A stretch of DNA of 41,029 nucleotides from positions 1 through 41,029 of the forward strand of contig JAAOXZ010000010.1 of NCBI GenBank assembly GCA_018221085.1, written 5' to 3'. Source of the DNA: Candidatus Woesearchaeota archaeon. Its GTDB lineage: Archaea > Nanobdellota > Nanobdellia > Woesearchaeales > GW2011-AR9. The notes beneath the pieces were generated by a model, which saw only the letters and a list, made by a program, of their open reading frames with translations, did no database searches and was not told the DNA's origin. The position numbers and the translations under genes are program-made. Shown here in pieces: positions 33,023-41,029 of the stretch; position 1 is the stretch's first letter; the number at the start of each line of letters is the position of its first letter.

Positions 33023-34264
33023 ATGAAAAACAAGATAATATTAGTTTTAGTAATTTTATTGTTTGTAGTCCCATTAGCTCCGGCTTTGCTTTATCCAGAT
33101 CATCCCACAGTTACTTTATTATCTCAAGACCCGGATCCGGCTGAACCGGGACAAGTAGTTGAAGTTAAGTTTAAGATAGAAAATGACGGGGAACAAACTA
33201 GTGAAGATGTAGTAGTTAAGATAGTTCCTAAAAGTCCTTTTTCGATTTATAATGATGTAGCAGAAAAAAACATTGGTAAGATAAGGGCAGGACAAACTGG
33301 TGCCGATGCAGTGATTGTAGAATTTAAAGTAAAAATAGATGAAGAGGCAGTAGAAGGAGAAGCAGAAATTGATGTATTATTAAAAGTGGCTGATGGAGCT
33401 TGGGTGGCCTATACTGATGGCGAATTTACCGTCGATATTCAGACTCATGATGCGGTTTTGGAAGTAGTTAAGATAACTTCAGATCCGGAACAAGTTCCTC
33501 CAGGAGGAACAGCCATTATTGAAGTGTTGGTAAAAAATTTGGCTGATTCTTTGTTAAAAGATATCCGGTTTAAGTTGGATTTGGACTCCGCAGATATTCC
33601 TTTGGCTCCATATCAATCCTCTTCGGAAGGAAGAATTCCACTTTTGAAAAGTGGTTATCAAAAATCATTATCTTTTCAATTGATTGCTAGTCCCGATGCC
33701 CAAGCAGGGATGTATAAAGTTCCATTAAATATTTCTTACAACGATGAAAAAGGAAATCATTATCGGATTAATGATGTTTTAGCAGTATTGGTAGGCGAGA
33801 GACCTAAACTAAAAGCATACATTAAGAAAAGTACTTCATTACAAGACGATAAACCAGCCACCATAACTTTGGAGTTAGCTAATCCAGGTACCACTGATAT
33901 CAAATTTCTAGAAGTTAGTTTACTTCCTTCGGAAGATTATCAATTAGTTACAGTTTCAGATTATATTTATATCGGTGATTTAGATTCCGATGATACAGAA
34001 TCAGAAGAAATAGATATTTTTATTGATCGGAAAGTAAAAGTTTTGGAATTCCCAGTAAAACTAAAATATACTGATGCTAATAATCAAGCGTATCAGCAGC
34101 AATTTAATTTAAAATTAAATCTTCACTCTTCTTATACTTTGAAAAAATTCGGTTTGATTTCCAGTAGTAATACTGGAACTATGGTGGGATTGATTCTGAT
34201 TTCTGCTGGAGCTTTTTACTTGTATCGTAGAAAGAAAAAGAATAAAAAAGTAAGTACTAGTTAA
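33023..34264 (+). CDS. Anchored surface protein with repeated beta-sandwich (CARDB / COG1361 S-layer-like) domains
   Basis: The ATG at 33023 lies 5 nt after AAGGTG. A signal peptide is present, and the motif P(G)Q/GG...(I/V)EV.(F/V)K(I/N) recurs three times. The C-terminal TM is followed by a KKKNKK tail. Confidence 0.7.
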   Translation: MKNKIILVLVILLFVVPLAPALLYPDHPTVTLLSQDPDPAEPGQVVEVKFKIENDGEQTSEDVVVKIVPKSPFSIYNDVAEKNIGKIRAGQTGADAVIVEFKVKIDEEAVEGEAEIDVLLKVADGAWVAYTDGEFTVDIQTHDAVLEVVKITSDPEQVPPGGTAIIEVLVKNLADSLLKDIRFKLDLDSADIPLAPYQSSSEGRIPLLKSGYQKSLSFQLIASPDAQAGMYKVPLNISYNDEKGNHYRINDVLAVLVGERPKLKAYIKKSTSLQDDKPATITLELANPGTTDIKFLEVSLLPSEDYQLVTVSDYIYIGDLDSDDTESEEIDIFIDRKVKVLEFPVKLKYTDANNQAYQQQFNLKLNLHSSYTLKKFGLISSSNTGTMVGLILISAGAFYLYRRKKKNKKVSTS

Positions 34265-34290
34265 TTTTTAAACTAGGGGTGGGTAAATAA

Positions 34291-34977
34291 ATGAATAAGC
34301 CAATTATTGAACTAAAAGATGTATGGAAGATTTATCAAATAGGTCATGTTAAAATTCCCGCTTTACGTGGTTTAAGCTTGAGTATTCATTCTGGAGAATT
34401 TATTGCCATCATGGGTAAATCTGGTTCTGGAAAATCAACTTTAATGAATATGGTGGGTTGTTTGGATATTCCTACCAAAGGAAGAGTTAACTTATATGGG
34501 GATGATATTGCTAGTTTTACTGAAAGTGATTTAGCCCAAACTCGAGGTAAAAAGATTGGTTTTATTTTTCAGAAATTTAATTTAATTCCCACTTTGACGG
34601 CTTTTGAAAATGTGATGCTGCCGATGATCTTTCAAGGCATTCCTTTTGAAGAAAGAAAGAAAAAAGCCCAGTCTTTATTGAGTATGGTGGGTTTATCAGA
34701 AAGAAGTGCTCATCGTCCTGGTGAGCTGAGTGGAGGGGAACAACAAAGAGTGGCCATTGCCCGTTCTTTAGCGATTGATCCAGAAATAATTTTGGCCGAT
34801 GAACCAACTGGTAATTTAGATAGTAAAACTGGGAAAATGGTAATGGATTTGATTATCAAATTACATAAAGAACAGAAAAAAACAATTATTATTGTCACTC
34901 ACGATGAAGACGTAGCTAAGTATGCCCAAAAAATCAAAGTTCTACGAGACGGATTAGTGATTGGTCAGAAAAAATGA
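34291..34977 (+). CDS. ABC transporter ATP-binding protein (MacB/LolD-type)
   Basis: Walker [11 protein letters not shown]-loop, signature LSGGEQQR, Walker B ILADEPT and the H-loop VTHD are present. Confidence 0.92.
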   Translation: MNKPIIELKDVWKIYQIGHVKIPALRGLSLSIHSGEFIAIMGKSGSGKSTLMNMVGCLDIPTKGRVNLYGDDIASFTESDLAQTRGKKIGFIFQKFNLIPTLTAFENVMLPMIFQGIPFEERKKKAQSLLSMVGLSERSAHRPGELSGGEQQRVAIARSLAIDPEIILADEPTGNLDSKTGKMVMDLIIKLHKEQKKTIIIVTHDEDVAKYAQKIKVLRDGLVIGQKK

Positions 34978-36197
34978 TGTGGGATTATTTTAGATTGGCA
35001 TTTAAGGGAGTTAAGGCTAGAAAAATACGTTCTTGGTTGACGATGATTGGTATTTTTATTGGCGTTACCGCAGTAGTGGCTTTAATCTCTTTGGGTCAAG
35101 GATTACAGGACTCTATTAATGAAGAATTCAATAAGCTAGGAAAAAATAGATTGACGGTGGCACCAGGAGGAGGAGCCTTTTTGGGACCCACTAGTTCTAA
35201 TTTGGCGGTTGCTACTATTACTGAAGATGATTTAGATGTGCTTAATAGAATCAATGGGGTCGATTCTGCAGCCGGAGTATTATCTAAGAATGCTCGACTG
35301 GAATTTAAAGACGAGGTTGATTTTATAAATGTGTGGGGGTTTCCGACAGACAAAGATGGAGAAAATATGCTCGAAGGAATCAGTTTTTTTGAAATTGAGA
35401 AAGGAAGGCAGCTGCGGAGCGGAGATAAGTATAAAGCAGTGATTGGTTATTCTATTGCTAAAGACACTTTTGATAAAGAAATCACCGTCGGTAGTAAATT
35501 AAAAATTAAAAATAAGATTTTTGAAGCAGTAGGGATTCAAAAAAAAGCAGGAACTGGCGTACATGATGTTATTGTAAGAATTCCTTTAGAAACGGCACGA
35601 GAAATTTATGATGAACCAGAAGAATTTTCAACTATTTTTGTGTTAACTAAGGATGGTTATGAACCTGCAGACATAGTTGATGAAATTAAAAAGGAATTAC
35701 GTGATTCTCGAGAAGTAGAAGAAGGAGAAGAAGATTTTAGTGTTCAGACTGCAGAACAAACAGGTACTCAATTAAACCAAATTTTAGATATAGTTAATAT
35801 TGTTATTATTGGTATTGCCGCTATTTCTTTATTGGTGGGGGGTATTGGCATAATGAACACGATGTATACCACAGTAATGGAAAGAACTTCAGAAATTGGA
35901 GTCATGAAATCAGTAGGTGCTAGAAATAGTCAAATAATGTTTTTATTTTTAGTGGAATCTGGTTTATTGGGGTTAGTGGGAGGTTTAATTGGTTTAATTT
36001 TAGGTTTAGGTATCGCTAAGTTGGGTGAGTTGTTAGCTGTTTCAATGGGGGTAGAAATTTTTAAAATTCATGTTGGAGGTTATTTAATTGTGGGGGCGTT
36101 ATTGATTTCTTTTTTGGCAGGAACACTGTCGGGATTGTTACCGGCTCGACAAGCAGCAATGATGCAACCCGTTGACGCACTGAGAAAAAATGATTAA
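34974..36197 (+). CDS. ABC transporter permease, FtsX/MacB-type (copy 1)
   Basis: ATGA overlap with the ATPase gene. The architecture is an N-terminal TM, an about 220-aa extracytoplasmic domain and a C-terminal 3-TM FtsX domain (GGIGIMNTMYTTVMERTSEIGVMKSVGA). Confidence 0.88.
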   Translation: MMWDYFRLAFKGVKARKIRSWLTMIGIFIGVTAVVALISLGQGLQDSINEEFNKLGKNRLTVAPGGGAFLGPTSSNLAVATITEDDLDVLNRINGVDSAAGVLSKNARLEFKDEVDFINVWGFPTDKDGENMLEGISFFEIEKGRQLRSGDKYKAVIGYSIAKDTFDKEITVGSKLKIKNKIFEAVGIQKKAGTGVHDVIVRIPLETAREIYDEPEEFSTIFVLTKDGYEPADIVDEIKKELRDSREVEEGEEDFSVQTAEQTGTQLNQILDIVNIVIIGIAAISLLVGGIGIMNTMYTTVMERTSEIGVMKSVGARNSQIMFLFLVESGLLGLVGGLIGLILGLGIAKLGELLAVSMGVEIFKIHVGGYLIVGALLISFLAGTLSGLLPARQAAMMQPVDALRKND

Positions 36198-37401
36198 AGA
36201 TTATGTTAAATTTGCATTGAAAACTTTGAAAGTTAGGAAAACGAGAACTTTTTTAACTATGTTGGCAGTGTTTATTGGTATTGCAGCAATTGTTAGTTTA
36301 ATTTCTTTAGGTCAAGGATTAGAAAATGCCATTAGCGAACAATTTGAAGCTTTAGGAACTAATAAAATAATGGTTTCTCCAGCCGGAACTTTTTTTGGAG
36401 CCGTTGGAGATTCAGTTTCAGAAATAACTGAAGAAGATTTAGATGTAATTCAAAAAGTAAGTAAAGTAAAACAAGCTGGCGGAATGCTTTACAAAATGGC
36501 TAGATTGGAGTTTGATGAAGAAGTACAATATACTTGGGCTATTGGTTTGCCGACGGATGAATCGGGAGATGTGATTAATGAAATTGCTACTTTTAATTAT
36601 GTTACTGGTCGAGAATTGAAAGAAAGTGATAAATACAAAGTAGTAGTTGGTATTCGCTTAGCGGAAGCAGATATTTTTGATAAGGAAGTGAAGGTGCGGG
36701 ATAAATTAAAAATAGAAGGTTATGAATTTAAGGTCGTGGGGGGAATGGGCAGGATTGGTAATCCAGAAGATGATCGTCAAGTCTACATCCCTTTAGAAAC
36801 TGCCCGAGAAGTATTCAACGAACCAGATAAATTAGATATTATTATGATAGAAACTACTAAAGGGGCTTCGGTTCCAGCAGTAGTGGAAGATATTAAGAAA
36901 GAGTTACGAGATTTTCGTGAAGTAGAAGAAGGAGAAGAAGATTTTAATGTCCAGACTTTTGAAGAGATGATGGAAACCTTTGCAGTTGTTTTTACTTTAG
37001 TACAGGCAATATTAATTGGTATCGCTAGTATTTCTTTATTAGTTGGAGGAGTTAGTATTATGAATACAATGTATACTTCGGTATTGCAAAGGACTAGGGA
37101 GATTGGAGTAATGAAAGCGATTGGTGCCAAAAATAAAGATATTTGGATTTTGTTTATTATTGAATCTGGTTTTTTAGGTATGGCTGGCGGAATAATTGGA
37201 GTTTTAATTGGAATGGGATTAGCTAAATTGGTAGAATTAGCTGCCTTTCAACAAGGGATCACTATCTTGAAAGCTCAATTCCCTTGGTATTTGATTGTAG
37301 GAACTTTGGTTTTTTCTTTTGTAATCGGTTGTTTATCGGGTTTAGCTCCGGCTTATCGAGCATCTAAGTTGAAACCAGTGGATGCGCTTAGATACGAATA
37401 G
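36190..37401 (+). CDS. ABC transporter permease, FtsX/MacB-type (copy 2)
   Basis: 8-nt overlap with copy 1. The architecture is colinear (GGVSIMNTMYTSVLQRTREIGVMKAIGA). Confidence 0.88.
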   Translation: MIKDYVKFALKTLKVRKTRTFLTMLAVFIGIAAIVSLISLGQGLENAISEQFEALGTNKIMVSPAGTFFGAVGDSVSEITEEDLDVIQKVSKVKQAGGMLYKMARLEFDEEVQYTWAIGLPTDESGDVINEIATFNYVTGRELKESDKYKVVVGIRLAEADIFDKEVKVRDKLKIEGYEFKVVGGMGRIGNPEDDRQVYIPLETAREVFNEPDKLDIIMIETTKGASVPAVVEDIKKELRDFREVEEGEEDFNVQTFEEMMETFAVVFTLVQAILIGIASISLLVGGVSIMNTMYTSVLQRTREIGVMKAIGAKNKDIWILFIIESGFLGMAGGIIGVLIGMGLAKLVELAAFQQGITILKAQFPWYLIVGTLVFSFVIGCLSGLAPAYRASKLKPVDALRYE

Positions 37402-37494
37402 TATCTGAGTGCTACGAACGTTAGTGAGTATGCTTTACGTTACGAATAGTTAAATTAATAAATCTGAAACGAATAGTAAAGGAAAAGAGGAAAA

Positions 37495-38235
37495 ATGTCA
37501 ATTTTAATTTGGATATTGCTGGCAACATTATTGAATTCTTTGTTGGGCCTAGTGGGAATTTTTTCTTTTTGGATAAAAGAGAAGTTATTGAATAGATTAG
37601 TGATGAGTTTAGTAGCTTTTTCAGCAGGAACATTACTGGGTGGGGCTTTTTTCCATTTATTGGCAGAATCGGTAGAAAGTTTACCGGCGATGAATGTTTT
37701 TGGTTACGCTTTAATCGGTTTTATCTTCTTTTTATTAATTGAAGGATATTTTCATTGGCACCATTGTAAAAATTGTGCCGCACATCCCTTTACTAAGTTA
37801 ATGTTAGTGGGCAGTGGAATCCATAATTTTATTGACGGATTGATTATTGCCGCAGCTTTTCAGGTGAATATTCTATTGGGAGTGATCTCTACAGCGATGA
37901 TACTGGCTCACGAATTACCTCAAGAATTAGGCTTGTTTGGAGTTTTGATTTATGGGAAGTATAAAAAGAAAAAAGCATTATGGTACGCATTTTCCGTTCA
38001 AGCAATTTGTATTGTGGGTGGAGTAGTAGGTTTTTTAGTTTTATCAAAAGTGGAAGTTCTTTCTTCTTTTTTAATTCCTTTTGCTGCCGGAGGGTTCATT
38101 TACATTGCGGCAGCAGATTTGATTCCGGAAATGCACAAGATGTATCAAGGTAAAGTTAAAGAAACCATTAAGATGCTTTCAGTTTTCTTACTAGGTATAT
38201 TATTTATGTTAGGATTAAAGTTGATGTTTGGTTGA
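37495..38235 (+). CDS. ZIP-family divalent metal (zinc) transporter
   Basis: HNFIDGLIIAAAF and LAHELPQELGLFGVL are ZIP signature helices. A His-rich HWHHCKNCAAH loop is present. Confidence 0.85.
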   Translation: MSILIWILLATLLNSLLGLVGIFSFWIKEKLLNRLVMSLVAFSAGTLLGGAFFHLLAESVESLPAMNVFGYALIGFIFFLLIEGYFHWHHCKNCAAHPFTKLMLVGSGIHNFIDGLIIAAAFQVNILLGVISTAMILAHELPQELGLFGVLIYGKYKKKKALWYAFSVQAICIVGGVVGFLVLSKVEVLSSFLIPFAAGGFIYIAAADLIPEMHKMYQGKVKETIKMLSVFLLGILFMLGLKLMFG

Positions 38236-38258
38236 TTGATGACTGAAATCTGGAAATC

Positions 38259-38267
38259 TTTATAAAT
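38259..38267 (+). promoter_or_regulatory. TATA box for the 38290 gene (leaderless geometry)
   Basis: GGAAATCTTTATAAAT lies 31 nt upstream of the ATG at 38290. Confidence 0.45.
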
Positions 38268-38289
38268 CTCCTAGTTATTGCAATTATCA

Positions 38290-40515
38290 ATGGGGGGACG
38301 TAATAATTCTTTAAGAGAAACAGTTAGAACTAAAATTCGAACTAGAATGGCTAGTGGTAGTTCAAAGAAAAGACCTTCTCGTAATTTGAATGATTTGGCA
38401 AAACCTTTAGTAGGTAGTCATCGAGTTTCGGACCCTGTAACTTTGCCCGAACTTTTAACTAGGATTGAGAGTGAAGTTAATTATAACACTCCTTTGCTAA
38501 AAAGATTACAATCTTTGAATGGGATTAGGAGTGAATTGGAAAGAAGCTATTCTGTACACAAGACATTAACAAATATTACTGAATATACGGAAGTCTGTGA
38601 AATTGCTTCTAAATCCATAGAGCTTTGTGTGTTAACTCCCAGTGTTGAACTTTCGCAACCCAAAAGCAAAAATTGGTTCTATGGTGATACAACCAACGAA
38701 GATTTAATTAATATTTTTGCTGAATATGTGGAGGCTGGGATTCGGGAAGCTTTTAGAATTACTACCACCTTAAGACGAGAGATTCGTCAGCAAAGAAAGA
38801 TTAAACGGCCTTTAGAAACTCTTGTTAGAAGGGATTTTAAAAGAGTGAGTACAGCAGATTTAATCCAAGATATTAAAGCAAAAAGGGTGCAGGATATGGT
38901 TCCAGATAAAGTTTATCTTGTTCCCTATAGTGCACAGTATGGAGGGTATGCGTATTTTGATGATGTATCTCATATTGTATTAAATGTTTTTTCAATACTT
39001 AAGGATAAAGTTTATGCATCAAACCCCGCAGATCCTAATGCAGTTACTGTGGCACATGAAGTGACACATTCTAATGTGCAACATGTGGCAAGAAAATTCC
39101 ATGTTGAACATCTGACTCGTCTTGTAGATTTTACGGCCAAAAATAAAAGAACGTTTTTCTTTGAATTTATGGATCATCCGTATACATATGACACAGAAAT
39201 CTTGGACGTGGTGGGTATGTATCTGGATTCAAGCATAGTACCTCTTTATAATGTGATTAGGGGGGTGGGGTGGACTCAGGAACTGCAGGAAATCTTTTGG
39301 GATAAGCCTTTGTTGAACAAAGCTAAATTGATTGAGGAAAAGCTGCATCAAATAAGAAAACCAATGACTGAAGTGATGAAAGTGGCTGAAGCTGAATATT
39401 ATTCTTTAGAAAGATATGGGTTAGATGCGTTGATTGTGCTTACTGGTTTGGAAACCTTACCTATGTGGTTAACAGCAGTTCAACAATTTAAAGAGCCGAT
39501 TATTGGTACGGCAAAAGAAAGGAGAGAATTCAAAAGAGATTATGGTAAAGTAATTACTGATTTGAGTGATGTTATTCAAGAAGAGTTTTTTGAAGCAGCC
39601 AAAGAAAACATCTGCGGTAGAGATATTTGGAACACTGAGTATACAATAAAAGATACATTTGATGAAGCGTTAAATGATAACTTTGATTTGACGCCAAACC
39701 AAAAACTATTGGCATGGGATATGTTCCTTAGGGACATGGTGGAAGATGGAATTTATGAGCACGTAACTCCTGGAGATGTATTGGCCGTAATTGATAATTC
39801 TGCTAGTGAGACAATTGAGCAGATGCAACAGTTGAATCTGGTTCAGGATAAAGCTCAGGTTTTAGTTGATAAATTGCAGCTTTATGATTACTTGAAGTTA
39901 AGGTTGTCATTGGCTCAAGATTTGGCGGATTTAAGAGAGGAGGTTTTGATTGACGAGGGAGAGTTGACTGCTGCTAATGATATTGTTCAGTTTAAATCTG
40001 AGGCATTGCTTCCTGAAACAAACCTTTTGGATCTTTATGGAGTGGTAGTGTACGAAGATGAAGATAGTACTTATGGCTATAATGGGGTTCTGATGGATAA
40101 ACTTAGTTCAATGAGAAAAACTCATAGTCGTATGACAGTACCCTTCTTTAAAGGTGAAGGAGAAGATAAGCATTTTAAGATTACAAAGTACTTTGATGGA
40201 GATAGGTGTGTTTTTGTTGATGTACGTCGGGGACATAAGGGAAAGAGCAGAATTAATTATGAAAAAAATCCTGCAGCAATACTGTTTAGTTCAGATAATA
40301 GTGATCGGTTGAATGTTATGGCATATTCTTCAATTAATGATAGAGAGATTCCCGGTTATGGGATGTTTGATTCTATGGTACGGATTGATGAGGGTTTTAT
40401 GTCTGTTAGTTTGGATGAACTTTTAGATCCAGAAATCAAAACTTGGTATAAAGTAGGAAAAGAAGTACATGAAGCTTTGGATGAATATAGAGATAAGTCT
40501 GCGAAGTGGCAATAG
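38290..40515 (+). CDS. Large hypothetical protein with a single HExxH zinc-metallopeptidase-like motif
   Basis: The 741-aa protein has no signal peptide or TM. VTVAHEVTHSNVQH is encoded at 39049-39090 (HEVTH at 39055-39069). The ATG at 38290 is preferred to the TTG at 38278 from the TATA spacing. Confidence 0.6.
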   Translation: MGGRNNSLRETVRTKIRTRMASGSSKKRPSRNLNDLAKPLVGSHRVSDPVTLPELLTRIESEVNYNTPLLKRLQSLNGIRSELERSYSVHKTLTNITEYTEVCEIASKSIELCVLTPSVELSQPKSKNWFYGDTTNEDLINIFAEYVEAGIREAFRITTTLRREIRQQRKIKRPLETLVRRDFKRVSTADLIQDIKAKRVQDMVPDKVYLVPYSAQYGGYAYFDDVSHIVLNVFSILKDKVYASNPADPNAVTVAHEVTHSNVQHVARKFHVEHLTRLVDFTAKNKRTFFFEFMDHPYTYDTEILDVVGMYLDSSIVPLYNVIRGVGWTQELQEIFWDKPLLNKAKLIEEKLHQIRKPMTEVMKVAEAEYYSLERYGLDALIVLTGLETLPMWLTAVQQFKEPIIGTAKERREFKRDYGKVITDLSDVIQEEFFEAAKENICGRDIWNTEYTIKDTFDEALNDNFDLTPNQKLLAWDMFLRDMVEDGIYEHVTPGDVLAVIDNSASETIEQMQQLNLVQDKAQVLVDKLQLYDYLKLRLSLAQDLADLREEVLIDEGELTAANDIVQFKSEALLPETNLLDLYGVVVYEDEDSTYGYNGVLMDKLSSMRKTHSRMTVPFFKGEGEDKHFKITKYFDGDRCVFVDVRRGHKGKSRINYEKNPAAILFSSDNSDRLNVMAYSSINDREIPGYGMFDSMVRIDEGFMSVSLDELLDPEIKTWYKVGKEVHEALDEYRDKSAKWQ

Positions 40516-40572
40516 GAGTAATTAGATTCTCGTTTTCTATTAAACTATCAATTATGCTTAAAAACCATAACA

Positions 40573-40580
40573 TTTATAAA
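40573..40580 (+). promoter_or_regulatory. TATA box for arsR-family gene
   Basis: CATTTATAAAG lies 30 nt upstream of the ATG at 40603. Confidence 0.45.
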
Positions 40581-40583
40581 GAA

Positions 40584-40605
40584 CATATGAATCCGTGTTC
40601 ATATG
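40584..40605. promoter_or_regulatory. Inverted repeat CATATGAA-N6-TTCATATG, candidate ArsR autoregulatory operator
   Basis: Perfect 8-bp arms lie at 40584-40591 and 40598-40605, between the TATA box and the start codon, and overlap the start codon. Confidence 0.45.
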
Positions 40606-40908
40606 AAATGTAACGCATACGAAATATTTTTCATGAACTTCGCAAATAAAACTAAGTTAGACATAATTTATTCTCTCAGAGAAGGTCCTTTAAGCGTGTT
40701 AGAAATTGCCCAAAAGATAGGAGAAGAACAAAGTAAAATTTCTCATAATTTAAGAAAGATGAGTGAATGCCGTTTGTTGAACGTAGAACAGAGAGGAAAA
40801 CAAAGAATTTATTCTTTGAATCGGGAAACAGTGATACCGATGCTAGAATTAGTAGAAAAACATGTTAAAACCTGCTGCTGTGCCGGAGGATGTAGTAAAT
40901 TAAAATGA
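40603..40908 (+). CDS. ArsR/SmtB-family metalloregulator
   Basis: The winged HTH is [44 protein letters not shown]. The C-terminal Cys cluster is [10 protein letters not shown]. Confidence 0.85.
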   Translation: MKCNAYEIFFMNFANKTKLDIIYSLREGPLSVLEIAQKIGEEQSKISHNLRKMSECRLLNVEQRGKQRIYSLNRETVIPMLELVEKHVKTCCCAGGCSKLK

Positions 40909-41029
40909 GATTCAAGGAAATTTATTTAGATAATGGGGCGACTACCAAAGTAGATCCTAAAGTAGTGAAGGAAATGATTCCTTACTTTGGTGAAGTTTAT
41001 GGTAATGCCTCTTCAACCCATACATTGGG
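40905..41029 (+). CDS. Cysteine desulfurase (NifS/IscS-like), 5' fragment truncated by window end
   Basis: ATGA overlap with the arsR stop. [42 protein letters not shown] is the typical class V aminotransferase N-terminus. Confidence 0.8.
   Translation, partial: MRFKEIYLDNGATTKVDPKVVKEMIPYFGEVYGNASSTHTL

Noticed and set aside
37394-37477. Three ACGAATAGT direct repeats upstream of the ZIP gene as a defined regulator site
   Set aside because: The 9-mers are irregularly spaced (48 and 27 nt) and the first overlaps the permease stop codon, so chance occurrence in AT-rich DNA is plausible. They are mentioned only as context in the metal-cluster finding.
38251-38272. Shared AAAGATTTCCA / GGAAATCTTT element between the 69-nt repeat and the 38290 promoter as a specific regulon motif
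   Set aside because: The shared part largely coincides with the general BRE/TATA-flanking consensus (AAATCTTTATA) seen at unrelated promoters (2288-2275, 22115-22130). It is probably promoter consensus rather than a dedicated operator.

Overview
AT-rich archaeal chromosome segment. Split rpoB, class III signal peptides, BHB-type tRNA introns and small tightly packed genes suggest a DPANN-like or small-genome euryarchaeal lineage; that placement is inference. The core is an intron-containing tRNA cluster (Tyr, Asp, Lys) running straight into the RNA polymerase/ribosomal superoperon rpoH-rpoB''-rpoB'-rpoA'-rpoA''-rpl30e-nusA-rps12. The near-universal rps12-rps7 junction is interrupted by a 5 kb prkA / DUF444(yeaH) / spoVR module plus a 69-nt tandem repeat. 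rps7 then stands alone, with no EF-2 or EF-1alpha after it. The left flank carries envelope proteins (pilin-like protein, Cys-rich lipoprotein, acidic anchored surface protein), a Bro-N/DinD-like gene, trmI, dut, AMP phosphorylase and a membrane PHP protein. The right flank carries two paralogous small lipoproteins, then a kae1-trxB operon extended by two paralogous membrane proteins and a further membrane protein. After these come a surface-protein + MacB-type ABC cluster and a metal-related cluster (ZIP transporter, 741-aa HExxH protein, ArsR regulator with operator, partial cysteine desulfurase). Many genes have a TATA box 29-33 nt upstream of the ATG, which implies leaderless mRNAs; I used this to refine several starts. 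No CRISPR array, rRNA, transposase or integrase was recognised. All protein calls rest on motif recognition by eye, with no database searches.
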